Assembly: GCA_963693055.1 (NCBI GenBank)
Contig: OY843751.1
Span: 1,536,001 to 1,600,000 of the forward strand
Direction of reading: 5' to 3'
Source of the DNA: a bacterium
Lineage (GTDB): Bacteria; Zhuqueibacterota; Zhuqueibacteria; Residuimicrobiales; Krinioviventaceae
Length of the DNA: 64,000 bases
Of this stretch, positions 40,666-51,023 are shown piece by piece. The position numbers and the translations under genes were made by a program. Every line of letters starts with the position of its first letter. Within the stretch, counting starts at the first letter, position 1. The notes under the pieces were generated by a model that worked only from the letters and a program-made list of their open reading frames with translations, had not been told where the DNA came from and did no database searches.

Positions 40666-40816
40666 GACGCCAAACGTGAGACGTGAGATATAAATTATAG
40701 ACAACTGGTGCTACGATTCGAGTCGTGGCACCAGTTATTATTTTTGTAGGGAACGATCTCGGGACCGTTCTCTACATTGTAATTTTTGCGTTTCCAAACA
40801 GGAGTTTGGGAACGAG
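40662..40816. repeat. Mixed repeat cluster: GTGAGAC heptamers, hairpin, GTAG REP, CGTTTCCAAAC..GTTTGGGAACG palindrome
   Basis: Located at 40662-40689, 40703-40736, 40746-40775 and 40788-40816. Confidence 0.6.
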
Positions 40817-40846
40817 AAAGGGTGTAATATCCATTGACCGGAAATG

Positions 40847-43321
40847 TTATTCAACCGGAAATCCATCCTTTAACGTCATTGTACCCAAAAGTTTTCCATC
40901 CCTGTCCCAGTATCGGGCTTTGCCCTGGCAGACAAAATTGATCCAGGTGGATTCGGCTTTTTTCTGTCCGTTGGGCCAGTAGTGCGTCCATACACTTTCG
41001 CCATTGGATTTGTGATCCCAGCTCCAGATTTTCTTGCACTTGATGTCCCACAAGGTTTCAGCTTCCTGTTTTTGTCCCAGGTTGTATTCTGCCTGGTACT
41101 GTACACTACCATTGGGATGATACCAGGTTTCCGTTCCATGAAGCAGGTAGCGGCCGTCATCTGCGAGTCCGGCGGACCAGGTGCAGCGCAGGTTCTTGTT
41201 CTGATCATATTCCTTATATTCCTGAACATTGCTGATAGATGCCGCTGTTGAACGCATCAGTTCTGTGTCATTGTTTACGGTTTCGTAATCACCAAGTATC
41301 CACGCTTCATTCAATTCAAAATGCAGACACGGCTGGTTCATGGTGGTGATCAGATGAATAATGCCGTTAGGCGCCTGCCGTGCGACTGAATAGCCCAAAG
41401 TGGTACCGCCAAGCTCTTTTGCCCGCTTTGGAGATTCATGCTCCTGTGTGCCTACCAGATGTTTGATATGCCAGGTCTCGCCTTCGTCTTCTGACAGCGC
41501 TACATAGGTACCTTTTTCATGATATCCCTCGGGTTGGCTGCCATCCCGGTGCTGCAGATCTCCGGCGAAAAACAGGCGTCCGCTTGCCAAGCGTATGAGG
41601 GTGGGACGCTGATTGCTCCCCAGGGAGGGGAACGGTGTTTTGCTGATGGTCCAGGTCTTGCCGCCGTCACTGGAAATGGATTTTGGCATAAATCCGTCAA
41701 TGTCACTGCTTTTGCCGCCCATAGCAAGGATGCGACCGTCTTTAAGTAATACACAGGTAGAATGTCTTCCACCGGTACGGCCACCCGGATCGCTCCAGGT
41801 TCTTCCGTTATTGCTGCTTTTCCAGAGAACGGAGGAAGGTCCAATAGCGTCGCTGGTTACATAAATATTTCCATCAAAATCCCGTAACGCCGAATTGACC
41901 GGCTGTGCCGAGTGTCCGCCCACAGATGTTTCGAAAACAGGGAATTGTATTTCACTCCAGTTTTGGCCATTGTCCGTTGTTGTAGTCCACTGGAAGGGAA
42001 AACCGGATTCCATTTGATTGGCACCCCAGAAAAACCAGACTTTAGGGCCATCTTTCCAGAGCATGGGGGCATGATCATCAACATCGGGCAGGTCAATAAA
42101 ATATTCGGGCATATCCCACTGATCGTGACCGAATCTTAATCTGGAAACAAGTAGTGACACATCAGCTCCACGTTCGGTTACAGATGTATAAAAGACAGCA
42201 AACACATCGCCATTGGGGAAAACCTCAAGCGCGGGACTGTGCTGATGCGTGAGAAATGAAGGATGAAATCCCAACCGCTTGTTCGTCTTGATATCCTTGA
42301 CGGGGATGTTGTCAATGGGAGTAGGCAGCAGGTAGCGCTTGCGGTAATAGGGTTTATTGATGTCGGGGCCCTGTTCCACATTGAACTGGTTCTGCCTGAC
42401 ACACTGAAAGAAAAACGAGGGCGTAAAAGATTCTTTTTTTGTCTCGGGCATAGGGGCTTGTACCACGCGAAATCCAATGTTGTGATTTCCCTGGTTGTCT
42501 GAAGATTCCCGGATAAAGTTTTTATAATTGAATACAGAACTGAATGATTCCGGAGCAGTAAATCGATCTTCCGGATGGATGTCCGTTGTTGAGGAGTCCT
42601 TGATCATTGCTTTCATCTCTTCCAGAGGCAGGGGAGGAAAGGCAGGCGGCATGCCAGCACGATTTGCCGAACGCGCAAAATAGGGCGCTTCATAATCGAG
42701 ACCGCCCCCACGAACGACGCGGGCGAATCCCCAATCAGGACCTGCCGGATCTGTAGCGGCATCTACTGTATACATATCATGCCAGTCTAAACACCATTCT
42801 GCAACCTGACTGTGCATATTTTTTAATCCCCATGTATTGGCAGCGTTAGAATCTGGCGGGGTGTTTCCGGTATTGAATAGAGTTGTGGTACCAGCCCGGC
42901 AGGCGTATTCCCATTCTGCTTCGGTTGGTAGGCGATACGGTTTGCCTTCTTTATTGCTCAACCATTCACAAAAGGCTGTTGCTTCATTCCAACTGATGGC
43001 AGAAGCATAGGGTGCGTAATCGGGATTGCCTTTGCATGAACTGCGAAATTGTTTAAATTGTTCTATGGTTACCTCGGTCTCGCTAATATAAAAAGCCTGC
43101 GATATGGTAACCTGATGGACTGGTTGTTCGTCCCAATCTCCCTGATCAAGATAGTCCATGTTTTCGGCACCCAGTTCAGAAGGTGTAAGCGCATTCGGTT
43201 CTCCCATATCAAATGAACCCGCTTCAATGCGGACCATTTTCATGTTCAGGCTGTTTGTATAATCTTTAGTAAAAGCAGTGCATGTTGATAGCAGGAAAAG
43301 ATACAAAAACAGTTTTTTCAT
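40847..43321 (-). CDS. Secreted FGE/SUMF1-domain + BNR (sialidase-like) + MORN-like repeat protein
   Basis: YRLPTEAEWEYACRAG and NIGFRVV; Asp-boxes SxDxGxTW; C-terminal HPNG/WPNG repeats. Confidence 0.85.
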   Translation of the reverse strand: MKKLFLYLFLLSTCTAFTKDYTNSLNMKMVRIEAGSFDMGEPNALTPSELGAENMDYLDQGDWDEQPVHQVTISQAFYISETEVTIEQFKQFRSSCKGNPDYAPYASAISWNEATAFCEWLSNKEGKPYRLPTEAEWEYACRAGTTTLFNTGNTPPDSNAANTWGLKNMHSQVAEWCLDWHDMYTVDAATDPAGPDWGFARVVRGGGLDYEAPYFARSANRAGMPPAFPPLPLEEMKAMIKDSSTTDIHPEDRFTAPESFSSVFNYKNFIRESSDNQGNHNIGFRVVQAPMPETKKESFTPSFFFQCVRQNQFNVEQGPDINKPYYRKRYLLPTPIDNIPVKDIKTNKRLGFHPSFLTHQHSPALEVFPNGDVFAVFYTSVTERGADVSLLVSRLRFGHDQWDMPEYFIDLPDVDDHAPMLWKDGPKVWFFWGANQMESGFPFQWTTTTDNGQNWSEIQFPVFETSVGGHSAQPVNSALRDFDGNIYVTSDAIGPSSVLWKSSNNGRTWSDPGGRTGGRHSTCVLLKDGRILAMGGKSSDIDGFMPKSISSDGGKTWTISKTPFPSLGSNQRPTLIRLASGRLFFAGDLQHRDGSQPEGYHEKGTYVALSEDEGETWHIKHLVGTQEHESPKRAKELGGTTLGYSVARQAPNGIIHLITTMNQPCLHFELNEAWILGDYETVNNDTELMRSTAASISNVQEYKEYDQNKNLRCTWSAGLADDGRYLLHGTETWYHPNGSVQYQAEYNLGQKQEAETLWDIKCKKIWSWDHKSNGESVWTHYWPNGQKKAESTWINFVCQGKARYWDRDGKLLGTMTLKDGFPVE

Positions 43322-43518
43322 AAATGTACCTGTTTGAATGATTTGATTGAATTTTTGAGGACTGGTGATGCAAAAAACGAATGTATCGTATTTTTAATAT
43401 AGAGAATAGTCAAAACAGTGTCAATATATTCTTTGGTCTGCAAGGCAAGGGTTGTTTTTATTGAAAAACCTTGTTATATTTTAAATTCTATGTTTAATTC
43501 TGAACTCCTGAGGATACA

Positions 43519-45918
43519 ATGCCAAGAGAAAATTTTCGTAAAAGATTGCTAGATGAAATATTGATATTAGATGGTTCCATGGGGACCATGCTTCAACCGC
43601 ATCTGCCCGCGGGTGCTTGTCCTGATTACGCGTGTCTTACCCATCCTGATATTGTTCGTAATGTGCACAAGGCATATGTTGAAGCAGGAGCGGATATAAT
43701 ATTAACCAATACATTCGGTGCTACCCGAATCAAATTGAATGAATATGGATTAGGCGACAAGGTCCATGATATAAATGTACGTGCCTGCGAATTGGTACAG
43801 GAAGCATCTGCCGCGCATACAATTGTTGGTGGTTCTATTGGCCCCACCGGTAAACTTGTTGAGCCTTTGGGCGATGTGAGTTTTGATGAGGTTTACAAAA
43901 TATATAAAGAACAAGTGGTATCGCTACTTGAAGGCGGTGTGGATGTATTTGTAATGGAGACCTTTGGTGATCTCAAAGAAGCCAAAGCCGCATTGCTTGC
44001 AGTACGTGAAAATACCCATCTACCGGTAATGATTGCCATGACATACGCTGAAGACCATAAGACCTTTACTGGTACGGATCCGTTAACTGCGGCAACTGTA
44101 CTTGCAGGATTGGGAGCCGATGCAATCGGTGTAAACTGTTCTTTGGGGCCCCAACAAATGCTGCCGTTGGTAAATCAGCTTGTAGAGGCAACCCATCTAC
44201 CCATTTTTGTGGAACCCAATGCCGGTATACCCAAGCTCGTGAATGGGAATCAAACCACGCATACGGTTACTGCAGATGAAATGGCCGAGTATGCGGAGAA
44301 ATATATTCAAACCGGCGCCAATATTGTAGGCACATGCTGCGGAAGTACCCCCGAACATACACGCAAAGTCCATGACAGTATTAAACATTTCAAACCGGTT
44401 CAGCGATCTGTACAAACCCGGTTGAGTTTAACAAGCCGGTTCAATACTGTTCATTTGGGCCCCGGATATCCTTTTGGAATTATTGGTGAACGGATCAATA
44501 CCACCAATCGTAAAAAACTGGCGCAGGATATCAAAGACCGTCAGTACATTCTATTGCAAAAAGATGTGGAATCCCAGGTCAAGGCTGGAGCAAACATCAT
44601 GGATTTGAACGTCAGTATGCCCGGTATTGACGAGTCACAGACCATGAGTGAGATTGTTCGTAAACTGGACAATACCCTGGCAACACCATTGTGTATTGAT
44701 TCCAAAGACAGTGCTTCAATTGAAACGGCTTTACGTGAAACTGCCGGTAAAGCGTTAATTAATTCTGCCACGGGTGAAGAGGAGAATATGCAGGAGATTT
44801 TTCCTCTTGCCGCCAGATACGGTGCGGGACTGATTTGTCTAGCCATTGATGAAGCGGGAATTCCGGATAATGCCAGAGATCGGATCCGGATTATTGAAAA
44901 ACTGCTGCAACGCGCGGATGATTTTGGTGTGGACCGTCGCAATTTGATCATCGACTGTCTTGCCATGACAGTATCCACCCAGCAGGCCGGGGCTTTGGAG
45001 ACTTTGGAGGCCATCCGGGCAATGAATCTTGATTTTCAGTTGCCGACGGTTTTAGGACTTTCTAATATCAGTTTTGGGCTGCCGGGGCGCAGTCTGCTCA
45101 ACGCTACGTATGTGAGTATTGCAATGGCGGCGGGACTCGATGCGGCAATTATGAACCCTGGTGACGAACGTATGATGGATGCGGTCAAGGCCGCATCGGT
45201 TTTTACCATGAGAGATAAAGACGCCAAACTCTATACCCAGATTGATTTTACACAAGAGACCTTGTCCGTCAAAGGTGCAACAGAAGAACAAAATAAAGAG
45301 TTGGGCGAGATCTATAACGCTATCCTGAGCGGCAATAAGGCCAGCATTGAGCATTTGGTTAAACACGCAATAGATCAGGGACTGACAGCCGAGCAGATCA
45401 ATGACGACGCGCTCATCGCCGGGATTAATGAAGTGGGTCTCCGTTACGAGCGCAAAGAATATTTTCTGCCGCAGATGATGTTGTCCGCCGAGACATTTCA
45501 AGCGGCCTTTAAATATTTACAGCCGCATTTTAAAACGCAGGATATTAAATCCAAGGGGACCATTGTACTGTGTACGGTCAAGGGCGACCTGCACAGCATT
45601 GGTAAAAATATTGTCCGTTTGCTGCTTACCAATGCGGGGTATACGGTTGAAGATATGGGAATAGATATCTCTGCCGAAGCCTTGTATGAACGAGCAATGG
45701 AGATAAACGCGGATATTGTTGGACTTTCAGCACTCATGACCACTACCATGCTGGAAATGGGCAAGGTTGTCAAGCTGTTCCGGGAAAAAGGCGCAAAGAC
45801 CAAGATCATCATTGGTGGTGCAGCCGTAACACAGGATTTTTGTGATGATATTGGCGCGGACGGGTTCTCTGTGGATGGTGTTGGCGCAGTCAAGCTAGTG
45901 GACCGGTTGATGGGATAG
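43519..45918 (+). CDS. metH: B12-dependent methionine synthase lacking the C-terminal reactivation domain
   Basis: ILDGSMGT, GVNC, GTCCG, IIGERIN, GLSNISFGLP, DLHSIG; ends after the cobalamin domain. Confidence 0.9.
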   Translation: MPRENFRKRLLDEILILDGSMGTMLQPHLPAGACPDYACLTHPDIVRNVHKAYVEAGADIILTNTFGATRIKLNEYGLGDKVHDINVRACELVQEASAAHTIVGGSIGPTGKLVEPLGDVSFDEVYKIYKEQVVSLLEGGVDVFVMETFGDLKEAKAALLAVRENTHLPVMIAMTYAEDHKTFTGTDPLTAATVLAGLGADAIGVNCSLGPQQMLPLVNQLVEATHLPIFVEPNAGIPKLVNGNQTTHTVTADEMAEYAEKYIQTGANIVGTCCGSTPEHTRKVHDSIKHFKPVQRSVQTRLSLTSRFNTVHLGPGYPFGIIGERINTTNRKKLAQDIKDRQYILLQKDVESQVKAGANIMDLNVSMPGIDESQTMSEIVRKLDNTLATPLCIDSKDSASIETALRETAGKALINSATGEEENMQEIFPLAARYGAGLICLAIDEAGIPDNARDRIRIIEKLLQRADDFGVDRRNLIIDCLAMTVSTQQAGALETLEAIRAMNLDFQLPTVLGLSNISFGLPGRSLLNATYVSIAMAAGLDAAIMNPGDERMMDAVKAASVFTMRDKDAKLYTQIDFTQETLSVKGATEEQNKELGEIYNAILSGNKASIEHLVKHAIDQGLTAEQINDDALIAGINEVGLRYERKEYFLPQMMLSAETFQAAFKYLQPHFKTQDIKSKGTIVLCTVKGDLHSIGKNIVRLLLTNAGYTVEDMGIDISAEALYERAMEINADIVGLSALMTTTMLEMGKVVKLFREKGAKTKIIIGGAAVTQDFCDDIGADGFSVDGVGAVKLVDRLMG

Positions 45919-46128
45919 AGGACTTTGGGGATTAAATTTAATGTTTTTTTTACAAAGTTTTAGAATAGCTTTAAATTTTTTATCAAGAATTTAATTTGTA
46001 TATATGAAATAAGTGCAGTGTTTTGATACCCATGAGGGTTTGTAATTATTTTAAAAATAATCTTTTATATGTTGGTATGGGGTTTGTATATCAATAATAA
46101 ATTGATTTAAAAATTACTAGAGGGGAGA

Positions 46129-47225
46129 ATGAAAACACAATGGATTCTCTTAATTTTTTTGATTCTTGAATCTTTGTTATTTGCTCAAAATTTATCAAGT
46201 GAATATGAATTCCAGGTAAATACAACAATAAAATCAGGACAGGAATCTCCATGTATTACCACATTAGTTGATGGTAGATTTGTGATTTGTTGGTCGAGTT
46301 GGAATCAAGATGGGAGTGAATATGGTATTTTGGGTCAAATTTTTGATGAAAATAGTTGCAAAATAGGTAATGAATTTCAAATAAATACTTTTTCTGATTT
46401 TACTCAAAATTACCCGGCTGTTTCTTCGTTACGTGATGGTGGTTTTGTAGTGTGCTGGGCAGGCATAGAGCTCGAAGGGAATTATTTTGATATGTTTGCC
46501 CAACGTTTTGATATGGACGGAAATAAAATTGACCAAGAATTTAAGGTGAATACGTATACTAAAAATCATCAACAATTTCCATGTATAACATCTTTAAAGG
46601 ATGGAGGATTTGTTGTATGTTGGCAAAGCCGAGGTCAGGATAACTCATGTGATGGTATTTGGGGCAAACGATTTGATCGTTGGGTAAAACCTAGTAGTAA
46701 GGAATTTCAAATCAATACTTTTACAGAGTTGTACCAACAATTTCCAAAGGTTGCTTCACTAACAGACGGTGGTTTTATTGTTTGTTGGCAAAGTGATGGA
46801 AAAGATAGATATTCACCAAGAATGATTAAAGCTCAGAGATTTGATGAGTTTAATAATAGATTTTGTGAAGAGTTTCAAGTAAATGAAACATCATTATTGC
46901 ATCCTTCCCAGCCCTGTGTCTCTGGACTAGTGAATGGAGGATTTGTTATAAGTTGGAAATCATTTAGTAATGAGAATTATAAATCTGGTATTTATGCCAA
47001 GCAGTTTGATGAAAAATCTGATACTTGGGGGGATGAATTTCGAGTAGATTTTTATACAGATTACTCACAGGTAGCTCCATGTATAACCGCAAAGAATAAT
47101 GGCAACTTTGTGATTTGTTGGCAAAATGTTAATTTAGTGGGAGCGATTTGGCAAGCGGGGTGTATTTTTATACCATCAACACTGGGGATTACCACGAGAG
47201 CAAAAAGATGGTACTGGTGAGATAA
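46129..47225 (+). pseudogene. EFQVNT-repeat paralog with internal deletion and frameshift; CTD tail out of frame
   Basis: 47142-47225 encodes SDLASGVYFYTINTGDYHESKKMVLVR* in another frame; the NYPNPFNP part is absent. Confidence 0.8.
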
Positions 47226-47405
47226 CCTTGTTTAATTAACAAAAGTATACATGAAACCCCAAATTGTATTATCGTTTGTATTATATTATGTATTGAATAT
47301 CAAAAACCCATTCTAAAATTATTAGTAAATCCTTTTATATCAATTATATGACCCTCCGACGTAATTTTCCATTATACAAATATTCTCTGGTTTTATCAAG
47401 ACGCA

Positions 47406-47420
47406 AGGCATCAAATTTGC
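47406..47420 (+). promoter_or_regulatory. Possible sigma54 promoter
   Basis: AGGCAT-CAAAT-TTGC, 55 nt upstream of the hybrid kinase ATG. Confidence 0.4.
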
Positions 47421-47475
47421 TCTTTCTTTTTTAATTCAAGCTAATGTGTTAATTTGAGGTTGTTGGAGTATTTGT

Positions 47476-49422
47476 ATGACAAGCGTTTTAATTGTAGAAG
47501 ACGAGCCTTTAGTTGCTGATGAACATGAAACAATGCTTTTGGACATGGGATACAAAGTAGTTGGTAAATGTAAAACAGCCACTGAAGCAATAGATAAATC
47601 TTTACAAATGATGCCCGATTTAATTTTAATGGATATTAATCTGGATATTGGTACCAGCGGGATAGAAGCTGCAAAGAAAATATTAAAAAATCAATCCATT
47701 CCTATTATTTTTGTTACAGGATTTCTGGATGCAGATACTTTAAAACAAGTTAAAACAATACAACCTTATGGGTATTTACAAAAGCCTGTTCAGCGGGATC
47801 TGTTATTTTCTTCAATTGAAATGGCTCTTTATAAAGCAAATTTTGATTTTCAATTGCGTGAAAACGAAAAACGTATTATGAAAATAAAAAATTCATTGTT
47901 AACAGCTGTTGTAGTAATTGATGCTAAAACAAAATCATTTGTTGAAGCAAATATTGCTGCAACAAAAATAATTGGTCATTCTGAAAAAGAGTTGATAGGG
48001 AAAAAATGTTCTGATTATTTTTGTTCAATTCAACATGATTGTGATTGTCAATTCACTTTGATAAATCAAGCAAAAGAAAATATTGAAGAGGTTATTGTAA
48101 ATGCCAAAGGTGAGGCTATTACTATATTAAAAAATATATCTCCTTTTGATTTTGGTGATAAAAAATTGATATCGGTTAGCTTTATTGATATAACAGAACG
48201 GAAGCGATCAGAAGAAATGTATCGTGTTTTATTTGAAAATTCGCATGATGCAATTATGATTCTTGACCCTGAGACGCAACATTATGTATCCTGCAACCCT
48301 GCTACAGTCAAGATGTTTAAAGTGAAAAACGAGGATGAATTCCTATTGCTTCATCCATGGGATTTTTCTCCCGAGTTTCAAAATAATAATATTTTATCCA
48401 AAGATAAAGCTGCTAGCTATATACAACAAACCATAGATACGGGTGCTATGGAATTTGAATGGACCCATCGCCGCAAAACCGGGGAGGATTTCCCTGCAAT
48501 AGTTCAGTTAAACCGCATCGTATTAAATAAAAGAACACTTGTTCAAGCTTCTGTGCGAGATGTGTCTGAGCAAAAACGTATAGAATTAGAGTTGAATCAC
48601 TCTAGGAAATTAGAAGCGGTTGGGCAACTTGCCGCAGGTATAGCACATGAAATCAATACACCTACACAATACGTTGGTGATAATATCCACTTTATGAAGG
48701 ATTCTCTGAATAGTATATTATTACAATTTGTAAAGTATCGTGAATGTTTAAAATCAATATTAAATAAAACACATGATCAAAATCATATTAAAAGTTTATT
48801 AAATGAAATTGATGAGGATGATATTGAATTTCTTTTAGAAGAAATTCCAATGGCTATTGACCAATCTCATGAAGGTATTGAGCGAATTTCTAACATAGTC
48901 AAGGCCATGAAAGAGTTTTCGCATCCGGGAACCAAAGAAAAACAATATATTAATATAAACAAAGCTATTGAAACAACAATCACTGTTGCGAGAAATGAAT
49001 GGAAATATATTTCTGATATTGAGAAAGATTTTGATTCCAGTTTACCTTTGGTTCCATGTATTGTTGATGAATTTAACCAGGTTATTTTAAATTTGGTTAT
49101 TAATGCTGTGCATGCAATTAGTGAAAAATTGAGTGATAATACTACAGAAAAAGGAAAGATAACAGTTTCAACTTTGAAAAATGCCCAGTTTGTAGAAATT
49201 CATATTACAGATACAGGTGCAGGCATACCAGAATCTGTACAGGATAAAATTTTCAATCCTTTTTTTACTACCAAAGAAATAGGCAAAGGTACAGGTCAGG
49301 GCCTTGCTATTTGCTATAATGTAATTGTAGATAAACATAACGGATCAATTAATTTTGAAACAAAGGAGAATGAAGGAACTACCTTTATTGTCAAATTACC
49401 AATTAATGAAAAAGTGGGATAA
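47476..49422 (+). CDS. Hybrid REC-PAS-PAS histidine kinase
   Basis: LIVEDE..MDI..KP; two PAS domains; AHEINTP, NLVINA, DTGAG, FFTTK, GTGQGL. Confidence 0.9.
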   Translation: MTSVLIVEDEPLVADEHETMLLDMGYKVVGKCKTATEAIDKSLQMMPDLILMDINLDIGTSGIEAAKKILKNQSIPIIFVTGFLDADTLKQVKTIQPYGYLQKPVQRDLLFSSIEMALYKANFDFQLRENEKRIMKIKNSLLTAVVVIDAKTKSFVEANIAATKIIGHSEKELIGKKCSDYFCSIQHDCDCQFTLINQAKENIEEVIVNAKGEAITILKNISPFDFGDKKLISVSFIDITERKRSEEMYRVLFENSHDAIMILDPETQHYVSCNPATVKMFKVKNEDEFLLLHPWDFSPEFQNNNILSKDKAASYIQQTIDTGAMEFEWTHRRKTGEDFPAIVQLNRIVLNKRTLVQASVRDVSEQKRIELELNHSRKLEAVGQLAAGIAHEINTPTQYVGDNIHFMKDSLNSILLQFVKYRECLKSILNKTHDQNHIKSLLNEIDEDDIEFLLEEIPMAIDQSHEGIERISNIVKAMKEFSHPGTKEKQYININKAIETTITVARNEWKYISDIEKDFDSSLPLVPCIVDEFNQVILNLVINAVHAISEKLSDNTTEKGKITVSTLKNAQFVEIHITDTGAGIPESVQDKIFNPFFTTKEIGKGTGQGLAICYNVIVDKHNGSINFETKENEGTTFIVKLPINEKVG

Positions 49423-49426
49423 TGTG

Positions 49427-50638
49427 ATGAGCAAAGTGAATAGAATTTTATTTGTTGATGATGAAAAACGTTTACTACAGGGGATAAAAAGGATTCTTTG
49501 GAACAGAAAAGATGAATGGAATGCAGAATATGTTGATAAAGCAGACCAGGCATTAGAGAAAATGAATGAAAGTAAATATGATGTAGTTGTTTGTGATTTG
49601 AAAATGCCCGGAATGAATGGCACAGCTTTTTTAAGCCGAGTTATGGAGTTATACCCTGAAACTATTCGTATTGTTTTGTCAGGCCAATCAGATACAAAGA
49701 CTGCTCTAATTGCTGTCAGAGTTGCGCATCAATATTTGGCAAAGCCATGTGAACCAGAAAAATTGGTTGAAACCATTGATAATTCTTTTAAATTGCACAA
49801 TTTTATTAATGATCAGAATATGATCAAATTGTTAAATCATATGAATAATATTCCAAGTTTACCATCACTTTATGTGGAAATGATGAAAGAAATTAATTCC
49901 AATAATCCTTCATTAAAAACAATAGGTGAAATAATTGAAAAAGATTTAGCAATGAGTGCCAAAATACTACAAATGATCAACTCGGCTTTTTTTGGCCTGC
50001 CGCAGCAAATTATGAGTCCCTCTGAGGCTGTTATGCTTCTCGGTTTGGATATAATACAATCGTTGGTTTTAACCGCCCAGGTTTTTTCACAATTTGAAGA
50101 AAAGCTCACTTTCGAGTTTTCTCTTGAAGCACTATGGAACCATTCATGGAATGTTGGAAATTATGTGAAAAAAATATTGGAATTTGAAAACAATGACAAG
50201 AGTGTAATAAAAAGCGGATTTATAGCCGGTTTGTTGCATGATATAGGACAGGTAATACTTGTTTCTAATTTTGTCGAACAATACAAGAAAACTATTCAAT
50301 TCGCTTTACTTCATAATTTACCGTTATGGAGGGCTGAAATTGATAGTTTTGGAGTAACACATGGCCAGGTAGGAGCTTATCTGCTAGGCTTGTGGGGTTT
50401 GCCAGATCAGGTTTTAGAGGCAGTTGCATTTCACAATATCCCTGCTTATTCTCAAAATTATGGATTTAGCCCCTTGTTGGTTTTGCATATTATTGATGTT
50501 TATGAACATGAAATATATGTAAACCGGAATAGTGAAATGAAATATGGTTTAGATAAAGTTTGGTTAGATAAAACGGATTATTCTACAAGCGTAGATAAAT
50601 GGTTGTCAATTTGTGGCGTAACAGTCGCCGGAGGTTAG
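49427..50638 (+). CDS. REC-HDOD response regulator
   Basis: FVDDE..CDLKMPG; 'IPSLP..D.AMSAKILQMINSAFFG..AGLLHDIG'. Confidence 0.9.
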   Translation: MSKVNRILFVDDEKRLLQGIKRILWNRKDEWNAEYVDKADQALEKMNESKYDVVVCDLKMPGMNGTAFLSRVMELYPETIRIVLSGQSDTKTALIAVRVAHQYLAKPCEPEKLVETIDNSFKLHNFINDQNMIKLLNHMNNIPSLPSLYVEMMKEINSNNPSLKTIGEIIEKDLAMSAKILQMINSAFFGLPQQIMSPSEAVMLLGLDIIQSLVLTAQVFSQFEEKLTFEFSLEALWNHSWNVGNYVKKILEFENNDKSVIKSGFIAGLLHDIGQVILVSNFVEQYKKTIQFALLHNLPLWRAEIDSFGVTHGQVGAYLLGLWGLPDQVLEAVAFHNIPAYSQNYGFSPLLVLHIIDVYEHEIYVNRNSEMKYGLDKVWLDKTDYSTSVDKWLSICGVTVAGG

Positions 50639-50642
50639 GAAC

Positions 50643-51008
50643 ATGAAACATAAACTTCTTTTTGTTGATGATGAGAAAAATATATTATTGGCCATTCGAA
50701 GGCATTTTAGACAAAAATATGAGATTTATTTGGCAAGTAGCGGGATAGAAGCACTTGAGTTACTTGAAAAAGAAGAACCCATTGATGTTTTGATAACAGA
50801 TTATTTCATGCCTATGATGAATGGAATTACTTTGATTAAAAAGACAAATGAGTCATTCCCTAATACAAAGTGCATTTTGTTGTCAGGTAATACTGAAATT
50901 TTGAATACTATTGAAGACAACGAATCTATCATATATTTTAAAAGTTTATCAAAACCTTGTTCATCTTTCGAGTTGGAAAATAACATACAATTGGCATTAT
51001 CACAATAA
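50643..51008 (+). CDS. Single-domain response regulator
   Basis: FVDDE, TDYFMP, SG, KP. Confidence 0.85.
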   Translation: MKHKLLFVDDEKNILLAIRRHFRQKYEIYLASSGIEALELLEKEEPIDVLITDYFMPMMNGITLIKKTNESFPNTKCILLSGNTEILNTIEDNESIIYFKSLSKPCSSFELENNIQLALSQ

Positions 51009-51023
51009 TCATTCTAAAATTTT

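Noticed and set aside
14499-45893. Many 60-180 aa antisense or nested ORFs (e.g. 14900, 17264, 20479, 44541)
   Set aside because: They overlap well-supported genes and lack motifs or RBS; these are shadow ORFs.
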